Counted from the stretch's first letter, positions 5,968-15,297 are shown. The stretch is 64,000 nt of DNA from an uncultured Omnitrophica bacterium (GCA_947085655.1 CAMTXH010000022.1:2556-66555), one strand, 5' to 3'. Numbers and translations are program-made. The notes: generated by a model not told the origin, from the sequence alone.

Positions 5968-8900
5968 ACGGGTACCGCTTGTCTGGCCGACTCTTCGTCT
6001 TTGAATTTTGCGGAGACGATTTTGGAAACCCCGGTCTTTTCCATGGTGATGCCGTACATGACATCCGCCATGGTAATGGTCCGCTTGTTGTGGGTGACCA
6101 GGATGAACTGGCTCGACTTCAAAAATTCCTGAAGGACCGAGGTGAAACGGGCCACGTTGGAATCATCCAGGGGTGCATCAATCTCATCCAACACACAAAA
6201 AGGACTCGGTCTTTCCTTGAAGACGGCAAATAAAAGGGCGATGACGGTCATGGCCCTTTCCCCTCCCGAAAGGAGCGATACACTCTGGAGTTTCTTTCCG
6301 GGTGGGCAGGCAAGAATCTCGATGCCAGACTCTAAGACATCATTTTCATCCAGAAGGAGGAGTTCCGCTCTCCCGCCGCCGAAGAGGAGCCGGAAGTATT
6401 CCTGGAAGTTGGTCTGGATTTGCCGGAAGGTCGCCAGGAAAAGTTCCCGGGTTACCTTGTTGATTTTCTGAATCGCTTCATGAAGAGAAACTTTTGCTTT
6501 TTCCAGATCTTCCTTCTGCTGTGTGAGGAATTCAAACCGCTTTTTCAGCTCTTCATACTCCTCAATCGCAACCAGATTGACCGGGCCCATTCGCTCGAGT
6601 TTGATCCGAAGTCTCTCAATCTCGGGCTGGGCCGCCTCCGGGTCCACCGGCTCCCCCTCTTCCGATGAGTCGAGTTCCACCTTGTATGAAAGGCGGATCC
6701 GCTCCTCCAAAGACCTCACTTCATACTGGAGGTGCTGCTCTTTCATGGCGATTTCGTGCATCTGGTTGTTGAGCCCGTCCAGTCGGCTCTCCAACTCGGT
6801 GAGGCTGTTTTGGAAGGTGAGTTCCTCCGCAAGTTTTTCCTTCTGCTCCGCCTCCGCCCCTTCCAGCACCTTTTCGAGCTCCTCCGTTTCGATGAGAATC
6901 CCCTTCCCCTCCTCCTCCAGTCTCCGGATTTCCTCTGTCAGTTCCTGAATCCGCTGAATGCTCCTTTTGGTTTCCGCCTCTTTGGCCGCAATCAACGACT
7001 CTTTTTCGTTGAGGGTATTCTCTAAAAAGAGATGCGCCTTTTTCTTCTCTTCATGCCGTTTGGCGGCCGAATCGATGGTGGTCTTCACCTCTGCGATTTG
7101 AACGAGAGCCGTTTCTCGGTCTCTTTTTTTTGCTTCAATCAAACTTTGATGGCGGGTGAGTTCCTCCTGAAGCATCTGCTCTTCTTCTTCCACCTGCTTC
7201 AGCTCTTCCACTAAATTCTTCTCCCTGACTTCTAGATCTTGAAGTTGATCCCTCACCTCCTCCAATTCCAGCAAAACAAGCTTTTCTTCCTCCTGAATCC
7301 GTCTTTCTTCGGTCTGGATTCCTTCTAAGAGGTACTCCTGATTCGAAAGTTCCAGATCCTCTTTATGGCAAAGGTCAATTTTTTCCTGAAGAAGTTTCTC
7401 TTTTTCGGTCTTTTCCCTCTCAAGGGATTTTTCACGGCTGACCGCCTCACCAACTCTTTTCTCAAGCTGGGCAATTTCGTCCCGCAACGCGGCCACTTTT
7501 GCTTCGCGTCCGATAAGCCCTAGTTCCTCCGAGAGGGGACTGCCTCCGCTTAAAACCCCGCTCCGGTAACATTCTCCTTTGGGCGTGACATACGTTCTTC
7601 CCGATTGCGCCAATGGAATATCATCCAGTTTTTCGACGATCATCGCCTCCCCGAGAAGGGTGGAGAGAATCGGTTCAAGGTCGGGGGTGATGCTGATCTT
7701 TTCAAGGGCATTCCCGGTGACGGAACCCTTTCGGAAATGGGAAGCAACCAAAAAGGTGGCCCTCCCGAATCCGCCCGACTCCAGGTACCGGATTCCCTCC
7801 CGCGCGGTCCGGTCATCCGCCACCACAATCGCCTGCACCATCGGACCGAGAAGTTCTTCGATGGCCCGTTCATAGCCGGGAACCGCTTTCACGAGATTCG
7901 CCAGGATGCCGCGGCAGTTCCGGAAGGCCGGATTTTTCTCGGTTTCTTTTAAAAACGCCTTGGTCCCCTGGGAGAAACCTTCGTCGTTTTTTCTCGCCTC
8001 TTCGAGGAGTTCACACCGGGAAACGAGGGCGGCCAGTTTTTGATGTCCCTTCTGAATCTCCTTTCCGAGTTCGTCGTGCATCCGGCAAAGAGTCTCCAGT
8101 GTCTTTCCAAGTGTCTCTTTTTCCTCCTTAAGGACCTTTGACGTTTCCCGAACCTCCTGGGCGGTTCTCTCCGCAGTCTCCCGGCGGACCCGTACCTCGC
8201 CGTGTTCCCTCTCGGTTTCCTCTTTTTCGCGGAGGAGCCGCTGCTGGCGGGATGAGAGGGTGTGGTGTTCCGCCGTAAGCCGGTTCAGGTCATTTTTGAC
8301 CGTGGCATGGGCTTTGGCAATCTCAACGCGGTGAAGTTTCCCTTTGGCAATGGTCTCTTCGCTGCCGGCAACACTCTTTAAAATTTCCTGAAAGGAAAAC
8401 TCAAGGGAAACTAGGGTTGTCTTTTGGGCCTCCATTTCTTTCAGCGTCTCCTCGAAATCCTTTTGGGAGGCCTCCAGGTGCTTTCGGAAATTTTCCAGAT
8501 CCTGTTTGAGTTGATTTTTTTCCAGTTCGAGTCTTTCCCGCGCCGCGCCAAGTTCTTCAATCCGTTCCCGGTGAAGAAGGATCCGATCCGCTCCCTGCCG
8601 GCTCCTGGACAAAAGTTCCATCTTTCTTCCTTGGAGGGTATTCAGGGCCGATTCCGCCTCGGAGAGGTCTTGCCGGAGAGCCCGCAACTTCTCCAGGGAA
8701 TCCTCTTTTTCTTTTGAAAGGGCCTCCGCCTCCTTTTGAAGGGCAGTCTCTTTCTCGGAAAAGGACCGGAGTTCCGCTGTTAAGCGTCCCCGTTCAAGAC
8801 GCGCCACGCCCAACTCAAGGGCTTTTAACTTTTCGAAACCCTCCCGGTACCGCCTCGCTTTCTCCGCCTGCCGCTCCAGGGATCGGATCTGTCTTCCGAG

Positions 8901-9491
8901 TTCATTCAGGATATCGCTGACGCGGAGCAGATTCGCCTCGGTCTGCTCGAGTTTTCGGAGCGTCTCTTTCTTCTGACTCCGGAATTTCGTAATTCCGCTC
9001 GCCTCCTCAAAAAGATAGCGCCGCTCCTCCGGCCTGGCACTCAGGATTTCGTCGATTTTTCCCTGCGCCATGTGGGCGTAAGAGGTCTGGCCGAGTCCGG
9101 TCCCCATGACCAATTCCACCACATCCCGGAGGCGGACCGGCGTGTGATTAATCAGATATTCGCTTTCCCCGGAGCGGAAAAGGCGGCGGGTGATGGTGAC
9201 TTCATCATATTCAATCGGGAGGAGCTTTTTCTCGTTGGACAAGGTCAGGGAGACTTCCGCAAGACCCAGCGGCTCATCTTTTTGGGTGCCGTTGAAAATA
9301 ACATCTTCCATCCGGCCTCCCCGGAGATCCTTGGCGCTCTGTTCCCCGAGAACCCACCGGATGGCATCCGAAATGTTCGACTTGCCGCAGCCGTTCGGTC
9401 CCACAATGGCGGTGACCCCCGGCTCAAATTCAAGAAGGGTTCGATCCCGGAAGGACTTGAAACCGATGAGTTCAAGACGTTTGAAATGCAT
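5964..9491 (-). CDS. smc: Chromosome segregation protein SMC
   Basis: MHFKRLELIGFKSF, GPNGCGKSN Walker A, coiled coils and hinge, LSGGE, LDEIDAPLD; start placed at ATG 9491. Confidence 0.97.
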   Translation of the reverse strand: MHFKRLELIGFKSFRDRTLLEFEPGVTAIVGPNGCGKSNISDAIRWVLGEQSAKDLRGGRMEDVIFNGTQKDEPLGLAEVSLTLSNEKKLLPIEYDEVTITRRLFRSGESEYLINHTPVRLRDVVELVMGTGLGQTSYAHMAQGKIDEILSARPEERRYLFEEASGITKFRSQKKETLRKLEQTEANLLRVSDILNELGRQIRSLERQAEKARRYREGFEKLKALELGVARLERGRLTAELRSFSEKETALQKEAEALSKEKEDSLEKLRALRQDLSEAESALNTLQGRKMELLSRSRQGADRILLHRERIEELGAARERLELEKNQLKQDLENFRKHLEASQKDFEETLKEMEAQKTTLVSLEFSFQEILKSVAGSEETIAKGKLHRVEIAKAHATVKNDLNRLTAEHHTLSSRQQRLLREKEETEREHGEVRVRRETAERTAQEVRETSKVLKEEKETLGKTLETLCRMHDELGKEIQKGHQKLAALVSRCELLEEARKNDEGFSQGTKAFLKETEKNPAFRNCRGILANLVKAVPGYERAIEELLGPMVQAIVVADDRTAREGIRYLESGGFGRATFLVASHFRKGSVTGNALEKISITPDLEPILSTLLGEAMIVEKLDDIPLAQSGRTYVTPKGECYRSGVLSGGSPLSEELGLIGREAKVAALRDEIAQLEKRVGEAVSREKSLEREKTEKEKLLQEKIDLCHKEDLELSNQEYLLEGIQTEERRIQEEEKLVLLELEEVRDQLQDLEVREKNLVEELKQVEEEEQMLQEELTRHQSLIEAKKRDRETALVQIAEVKTTIDSAAKRHEEKKKAHLFLENTLNEKESLIAAKEAETKRSIQRIQELTEEIRRLEEEGKGILIETEELEKVLEGAEAEQKEKLAEELTFQNSLTELESRLDGLNNQMHEIAMKEQHLQYEVRSLEERIRLSYKVELDSSEEGEPVDPEAAQPEIERLRIKLERMGPVNLVAIEEYEELKKRFEFLTQQKEDLEKAKVSLHEAIQKINKVTRELFLATFRQIQTNFQEYFRLLFGGGRAELLLLDENDVLESGIEILACPPGKKLQSVSLLSGGERAMTVIALLFAVFKERPSPFCVLDEIDAPLDDSNVARFTSVLQEFLKSSQFILVTHNKRTITMADVMYGITMEKTGVSKIVSAKFKDEESARQAVPV

Positions 9492-9500
9492 AGTGAAGGC

Positions 9501-9529
9501 ATTATAGCAAAGATTTGAATTTTTGTCAA
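9501..9529 (-). promoter_or_regulatory. Consensus sigma70 promoter of smc (near-leaderless)
   Basis: TTGACA-17 bp-TATAAT with TGn, ending 10 bp before the ATG. Confidence 0.85.
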
Positions 9530-9593
9530 CTTTAAACACAGTATTGGGTTAGGAAATGTCCATTTTTGTACACTTTTTGGGCCTCTTCCCTCC

Positions 9594-9622
9594 TTGACGG
9601 AATCCCCCGTTCGTGTTAGGAT
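9594..9622 (+). promoter_or_regulatory. Sigma70 promoter of the GT2-ABC operon
   Basis: TTGACG-17 bp-TAGGAT with TGn. Confidence 0.65.
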
Positions 9623-9636
9623 GACATCGGATTCTC

Positions 9637-10518
9637 ATGGACCTTTCCATCGTCATCCCTCACCGGAATCGGAAAGACGCACTCAGGCGATGCCTCGGTT
9701 CCATCCCGCTTGCAGCCGGTTCCCTGTCCTATGAGACGATTGTGGTGGACAACGGATCAAGGGATGGAAGCCAGGAGGTGATCCGTCGCACTTTCCCGAA
9801 GGTCCATCTCCTTCAAAACCAAAATAACGAAGGGTTCAGCCGGGCGGTGAACCAGGGGCTCCGGAAGGCGGCGGGAAATTATCTTCTCTGTCTTAATAAT
9901 GACACCTTTCTCTTCCCCAACAGTCTTGTCTGTCTTTTATCTTTCATGGAGATGCACCCGGACGCCGGGATCTCGGGCGGAAAAATCTTCAATCGGGACG
10001 GAACGATCCAGCCCTCGGCCCGCTCCTTCCCCCGCCTTGAAACGGCGCTCTTCAACCGCTCGTCTCTTGCCACCCGTTTTTTTCCGAATAATCCCCTTTC
10101 CCGACGCTACCTTCTAAGCGACTGGGATCGTTGTTCCGTCAGAGAAGTGGATTGGGTTTCGGGAAGTTTCCTGATGATCCGGCGTTCTGTCTTTGAAAAA
10201 GTCGGTTTTTTTGACGAGCGCTTCTTCCTCTATTGCGAAGATGTGGATTACTGCCGCCGGGCGAAGGAGATGGGGTTTCGGGTTTACTACGTCCCGGATT
10301 CCCATATCATCCACGAAACGTCCTACAGCGGAAAAGGACTCTCCACCCTTTTTTTCCATCACCAGAGCATGTACCGGTTTTACAAAAAACACTACTCCGG
10401 GAATTTTTTGCGGGACACCCTGATTCTGGGGGGCGTGACGCTTCGATTTTTGGTGGAGGCGGGATCGCTCCCGGGAAAGAGACTTTTTTGGAAGGTTCGT
10501 CATGACGCCGCTCCTTGA
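9637..10518 (+). CDS. Family 2 glycosyltransferase (WbbL-like)
   Basis: IVVDNGSRDGS, LCLNND, VDWVSGS, FDERFFLYCEDVD. Confidence 0.92.
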   Translation: MDLSIVIPHRNRKDALRRCLGSIPLAAGSLSYETIVVDNGSRDGSQEVIRRTFPKVHLLQNQNNEGFSRAVNQGLRKAAGNYLLCLNNDTFLFPNSLVCLLSFMEMHPDAGISGGKIFNRDGTIQPSARSFPRLETALFNRSSLATRFFPNNPLSRRYLLSDWDRCSVREVDWVSGSFLMIRRSVFEKVGFFDERFFLYCEDVDYCRRAKEMGFRVYYVPDSHIIHETSYSGKGLSTLFFHHQSMYRFYKKHYSGNFLRDTLILGGVTLRFLVEAGSLPGKRLFWKVRHDAAP

Positions 10519-11326
10519 AGTATCCGGCCTTTCTAAGACATTTTATCCGACGCCCCCTTTTCTGGATGTGCTGCGCGGCCGCTTCCAAAAAAAAGCGGTT
10601 CCTGTCCTCCTCGACCTTGCCTTAACCCTTCATGAGGGAGAGCTGTATTGTCTTATGGGAGCAAACGGCGCAGGCAAAACCACCCTCCTCAAAATCCTCT
10701 GCGGTTTAATCCTTCCCGACACGCAGCGACTCCGGCTCTGCGGGGAAGAGCTCCCTCCCGGCCATCCGCGTCTTCGGGCTTCCTTCGGTCTGGTGACGGG
10801 AGAGGAACAAAGTTTTTACGGACGCCTGACCGGGAGGCAGAACCTGGAGTTCTTTGCCACTTTTCAGGGTCTCCCCCCAAAAAGAATCCGGGAATCCATT
10901 GAGGCCCTCTGCGAACTTTTCCGGATGGAAAATTATCTGGACAAGCCCTTTTTTGCCTATTCCACCGGCATGAAACAGCGTCTTGGACTTTCCCGCGGCC
11001 TTTTAGGCGATCCGAAAATTCTCCTTTTGGATGAGCCAACGCGGAGTCTCGACCCTGCGGCAGCCGGAGAGTGGCACCATTTCCTCCGCGACATCCTTCT
11101 TGAAAAGGAGAAAAAAACAGTTCTTTATACCACCCATTCCCTGGAGGAGGCGGAGCATTTCTCAAGCAGGATCGGGATCCTCTGCGGGGGAAAAATCGTG
11201 GCGGAGGGGGATCTGGGGACACTCAAACGAAAGGCGCACCTTTCGGAGGAAGCCACCCTTTACGACATTTTCCAGAAAATGACAGAGGGGATAAACTGTG
11301 TTTCAGAAACTCCTTGCCCTCTTTAA
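10502..11326 (+). CDS. ABC exporter ATP-binding protein
   Basis: GANGAGKT, YSTGMKQRL, LLLDEPT. Confidence 0.93.
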   Translation: MTPLLEVSGLSKTFYPTPPFLDVLRGRFQKKAVPVLLDLALTLHEGELYCLMGANGAGKTTLLKILCGLILPDTQRLRLCGEELPPGHPRLRASFGLVTGEEQSFYGRLTGRQNLEFFATFQGLPPKRIRESIEALCELFRMENYLDKPFFAYSTGMKQRLGLSRGLLGDPKILLLDEPTRSLDPAAAGEWHHFLRDILLEKEKKTVLYTTHSLEEAEHFSSRIGILCGGKIVAEGDLGTLKRKAHLSEEATLYDIFQKMTEGINCVSETPCPL

Positions 11327-12104
11327 AAGAGATTTCTTCATCACCTCAAGTTACAAGGTCAGCTTCATGATGTATTGGATTCATGCGCTGGCCATCCTTC
11401 TCCCCTTTTTCTTCATCGGACGGATGTTCGAGACCAGAAGTTCGCCCCACCTCCTTGCCTACGGCGGGCATTACTTTGCCTTTGTTTTGATCGGTCTCGG
11501 AGCACGGCGCTACCTCTCGCATGCCCTGCACAGTCTGGCGGGGACGGTCGGTGAAGAGCGGGGCTTGGGAACTCTGGAAACGCTCCTCGCAAGCCCCACT
11601 TCTTCCAAGACGGTTTTTTTTCTTCTTTCGGTTCTGAGTGTTTTCTACGCGGTGCTGAACCTTTTGTTTTACCTTTCCCTTGGGATTGTTCTCTTCCGGG
11701 TCCCGTTTCCGCACGTCAATATCCCCGCGGCGGTTGTTGTTTTGTTTTTGACCACGCTCAATTTTTTCTCATTCGGTTTTTTGTCCGCCAGTTTCATTCT
11801 CGTTTTCAAAAAATCGAGTATCATCGAGCCCTTCTTCGAGGGATTCTCCAGTTTCTTAGGAGGCGTTTATTTCCCGATCACCCTCCTTCCGGACTGGCTC
11901 GAGCGGGTGTCGGCCTTCATTCCGATGACGTATGTTTTGAGGGCACTGCGCCTTTCTCTTTTGAAGGGGGCGCCGTTGGGTACCCTCCAAGGGGACCTGG
12001 CCGCCCTTCTTCTTTTGACAGCGGTCCTCTTCCCGGTCAGTCTTTGGACCTTCGGAAAAGCGCTCCAGAAAGCGAAAAAGGACGGGAGTCTGGTCCACGA
12101 TTGA
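11298..12104 (+). CDS. ABC-2 type transporter permease
   Basis: Six TM segments, ERGLGTLE and GVYFPITLLP motifs; overlaps the ATPase gene. Confidence 0.9.
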   Translation: MFQKLLALFKRDFFITSSYKVSFMMYWIHALAILLPFFFIGRMFETRSSPHLLAYGGHYFAFVLIGLGARRYLSHALHSLAGTVGEERGLGTLETLLASPTSSKTVFFLLSVLSVFYAVLNLLFYLSLGIVLFRVPFPHVNIPAAVVVLFLTTLNFFSFGFLSASFILVFKKSSIIEPFFEGFSSFLGGVYFPITLLPDWLERVSAFIPMTYVLRALRLSLLKGAPLGTLQGDLAALLLLTAVLFPVSLWTFGKALQKAKKDGSLVHD

Positions 12105-12239
12105 TCGGTTGCTCTATGCCGGAATCTCCCATCGTGATATAATAGAGAAAAATGAAGTGGTACATTTACTTTTCTTTGACGAGGCCGATTATTTTATGAA
12201 AACGATTTTGAAAACAATGGGCAACCTAAAGGAGGCGAC

Positions 12240-13511
12240 ATGATCGAAAGAGTCGAGCGTCTGGGAGAGGAAGTGGAGAGCCAGTGGAAAAAAGAGGGAT
12301 ACGCCAAGGAGGCCTTTTCAGGAATCGCCCTTCGCGCCCTCCAAAAAAGCGGTATTCACCGCCATTTCTCGGTCGAAGAAGTTCTGCACTGGCTTGGAGC
12401 GCAAAAAGAGATCCCCGCACAGTTAAGCATGGAAAGAGACACCTTCGGGCAACCCCCCATCACCCTCTTCCGCCGTGACCGGTTTGTGATTGACATTTAC
12501 TTCTGGGTCACCTCCGCCAGCACCATTCACTCTCACACGTTCCAGGGTGCTTTTACGGTCCTTCAGGGAAAAAAACTTCAATGCCATTATGATTTCCGGA
12601 TCCGCGAAAATATCGAGGAGAATATCCTGATCGGCGATTTCTCCTTGGAGAAGGCGGTTTTCCTGAAGGAAGGAGATATCCAGGATATCGAATATGGAGC
12701 GAATCGGCCCACCCTGACCCATCAGGTGTTTCAAATCACCCAACCGGCCGTTACGCTCCTGGTCCGGTCACTCAATCCGGAAAAGACCAATTATATCTAT
12801 TTAAAGCCCCATCTCGGCTACCGGGAATTCCGTAACTTTACCCCCCTTGAGAGAAAACAGTTGGACACGTTGGAGATGCTCCATCGTATAAACCACCCCC
12901 TTGAAGACACCTTTTTAAAGTCCCTCATTTCAGAAATAGGAGATTATAAGGCGTTATTGTATCTCAAAGAGTTCTTTTTAGACACAGGGGACTGGCGTCG
13001 AATTCAGAAGGTTCTCGAAACCCTTCCCCGTTTCCGGAGGTGGGCCCCCTCCCTCGTGGAATCTTTTCGCACGATTGACGAGACAAGGGTCATGTGGACG
13101 AGTGTTTCCGGAGAAAAAGAAAGACTCCTGATGGGACTCCTTCACACCTTTGAGGAAAAAGAGAGCATCCTTCAGTTCGTGCGCCGTTATTTCCCGGAGG
13201 AAAACGCGGAGACCCTCATTTTGGAGGGACTAAAGAAGTTGATGGACCGGCAGGCCTTTCCCTTCGAATTGAACGAAACGGCCCTGGAGGTTTTGCGGCT
13301 CTCTCTTCGCGGCGATTCAGAGGAGGAAATCTGCCAGGAACTTTCAGACGCCTATCATCTCAAGAGTTCCGGGACACTCCGTCAAGAGGTGCGGGACATT
13401 CTCAACGAGATGCGCTCTAACGGACATCTCAAACCGCTCGTTTCCCCCTCGTCGACTTTTTCAGAAAAGAGACGATCCGGGCGTCCGGAACAAACGACAG
13501 TTCATAGATAG
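12240..13511 (+). CDS. Hypothetical protein with N-terminal cupin / thiol-dioxygenase-like domain
   Basis: Strong SD (AAGGAGG); TIHSHTFQGAFTVLQG and a distal THQV His pattern resemble a 3-His cupin. Confidence 0.6.
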   Translation: MIERVERLGEEVESQWKKEGYAKEAFSGIALRALQKSGIHRHFSVEEVLHWLGAQKEIPAQLSMERDTFGQPPITLFRRDRFVIDIYFWVTSASTIHSHTFQGAFTVLQGKKLQCHYDFRIRENIEENILIGDFSLEKAVFLKEGDIQDIEYGANRPTLTHQVFQITQPAVTLLVRSLNPEKTNYIYLKPHLGYREFRNFTPLERKQLDTLEMLHRINHPLEDTFLKSLISEIGDYKALLYLKEFFLDTGDWRRIQKVLETLPRFRRWAPSLVESFRTIDETRVMWTSVSGEKERLLMGLLHTFEEKESILQFVRRYFPEENAETLILEGLKKLMDRQAFPFELNETALEVLRLSLRGDSEEEICQELSDAYHLKSSGTLRQEVRDILNEMRSNGHLKPLVSPSSTFSEKRRSGRPEQTTVHR

Positions 13512-14337
13512 GAAAAGAGGAACAAAGCGTCAGGACAAACTCTGCCAAAAAAGAGTCTGCCTCCAGAGCCCAGGAAATGGGGGGAACTTCCAACAGGAAC
13601 CGTCTCAAAGACTCCTGGAGCGCGAGGCGCCTCAGTTGATTTTTCTTGCCATGGGCTAAGAAAAAGATTCCCCTCAAGGGCGTCCCCTCTGTGAGAGAGA
13701 AAAAGGGAAAAGGTTCGCAAGGAGGGGTTCCGTAAATCCGGGGTCCCCCCTTCCTTTTACAAACCACCATCAGGTCATCCCCCAAGACAGAAATGGTTCT
13801 ATCCTGGTAAAGCAGTTTGGAGAGGGTGCTCTTCCCTGCGCCTCCGGGGCCGACAAAGAGGTATCCCCTTCCCTGATAAGAAACACCTGCTGCGTGGAGG
13901 AAAAATCCGACCCGCTTTAGGAGCAAAAGATGGGCAAGGAGGAGCTGGAGATAAAGCCACATCAGATGAAAAGGAAGTTCCTTTTCTTTTTCCGATCCCA
14001 AAAAGATCTTTACTTCTTTGAAGGAGGAGTCCAGAAGAAGGGCTTTGGGGATACTGTCCACGATGGGGCGCGGGTAGCTCATTCGGATCTCCCTTGCCAA
14101 GGCATGGGGGTCGGTTTGGATCAGGAACCCCTGCGGGATCCGGTAAAATTGATAGGTCTTCCCGTTTCGGTAAAAAAGGTCTTTCCTTTTGAAATGGGGG
14201 GGGTCGGAAAACAAGATGCGGGCAGAAAGTTGGGGATTCTTGCGGCTCAAAAAAGGGAAAAGGGCACGCTGGAGGGTTAGCCGGGGAGCTGTGACAGAGA
14301 GCGGGATCCCTCCGATCTCTAAGAAAACCTCTTGCAT
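13429..14337 (-). CDS. HPr-kinase-related P-loop protein (putative peptide kinase)
   Basis: FLHAAGVSYQGRGYLFVGPGGAGKSTL and LGDD motifs of the HprK/ScmC/PadeK-like family. Confidence 0.82.
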   Translation of the reverse strand: MQEVFLEIGGIPLSVTAPRLTLQRALFPFLSRKNPQLSARILFSDPPHFKRKDLFYRNGKTYQFYRIPQGFLIQTDPHALAREIRMSYPRPIVDSIPKALLLDSSFKEVKIFLGSEKEKELPFHLMWLYLQLLLAHLLLLKRVGFFLHAAGVSYQGRGYLFVGPGGAGKSTLSKLLYQDRTISVLGDDLMVVCKRKGGPRIYGTPPCEPFPFFSLTEGTPLRGIFFLAHGKKNQLRRLALQESLRRFLLEVPPISWALEADSFLAEFVLTLCSSFPIYELSFVPDARIVSFLKKSTRGKRAV

Positions 14338-14381
14338 GGGGACCTACTTCTGCTCAAGCGGCTCCCTTCGTTTAGGACCCA

Positions 14382-14525
14382 CTAACCGCACCTGAACTCG
14401 GGAATTTGTGGGGGCGTGAATCCAACGGAAGGGTCTTTCATCTCAACACGGCGAAGGATCGGTTTTTTATAACGCCTTTTGGGCGGCCCTTCTTTTTTGG
14501 CACTGGGTTTCTTCTTTTTCGCCAT
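14382..14525 (-). CDS. Putative RiPP precursor peptide, 47 aa
   Basis: GGAGGTG SD then MAKKKKPSAKKEGPPKRRYKKPILRRVEMKDPSVGFTPPQIPEFRCG*; YxxPxL leader motif; lies between oxygenase and kinase; below the ORF-track cutoff. Confidence 0.8.
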   Translation of the reverse strand: MAKKKKPSAKKEGPPKRRYKKPILRRVEMKDPSVGFTPPQIPEFRCG

Positions 14526-14550
14526 CGTCACCTCCGGTTCATATTTCTTT

Positions 14551-15297
14551 TTATCGTATCAAAGGGGAAAAACGCTTGGCAAGAGAAATATTCGTGGTGG
14601 TCCGGAACCAAAAGACGCTGGAGTAGCGGCCGGGGTTTTGAAGGGGTGTCCGAATCTTTCCGATTCCGTGTAAAAATTCCCGTTTGACCTTCATGACAAG
14701 AAGTTTGTTGAAACCGGGGGTCACCCGAACGCGCGGCCTTGTCCAGTCCCCCAGATAAAGAGACCCCCCCGCCTCCCTCCTCCATCCTTTCGTTGCATAA
14801 TAGACCACGGTGAGGTGATGCTGGCTGTCAGTGTGAGGATTCTCCCAATCACCGGGGCCCATCCGTTTATGGTGCCCTCCGGTATAGCGAAGGGGCCTTG
14901 CGAATCCTGCCAACGCTGAAAGGTATCTTGAAAAATAACTCGAGAGGAAAAGAGTTTCGATCAAACGCCCCAGGACAAACCCTCTCCTCTCAAGGAGTTC
15001 CCACCGCCCTTCCCACTTACCCTGAACATGCTGCTCCCAGGCAGGGGACCACCGGTGAAGGCCGAAATCATCGTGCATCACCTTCCTCGGAGCGGATTGA
15101 AGTTCTTCATACCAAGTTTCGGCAATCTCGGGGTTCAGAAAACCGGGAAGGAAAATATAAGGAATGGGCCTTGAAGGTCTTTGAAAGGTCTCCCTGAGCT
15201 CCCGAAGAGTCCCTCTCCCTCGCCAACGGGGTGAAACAGACGCTTTGAAAAGGGCTTCTTCGTCCGAGGCCTTCCGGAGAAGGACAGAAACTTTCAT
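14551..15297 (-). CDS. 2OG-Fe(II) oxygenase (prolyl-hydroxylase-like)
   Basis: HTD...H...RxS triad (NPHTD, FLHGI, GRYS), with YYATKGW-GGSL and PGFNKL segments. Confidence 0.82.
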   Translation of the reverse strand: MKVSVLLRKASDEEALFKASVSPRWRGRGTLRELRETFQRPSRPIPYIFLPGFLNPEIAETWYEELQSAPRKVMHDDFGLHRWSPAWEQHVQGKWEGRWELLERRGFVLGRLIETLFLSSYFSRYLSALAGFARPLRYTGGHHKRMGPGDWENPHTDSQHHLTVVYYATKGWRREAGGSLYLGDWTRPRVRVTPGFNKLLVMKVKREFLHGIGKIRTPLQNPGRYSSVFWFRTTTNISLAKRFSPLIR

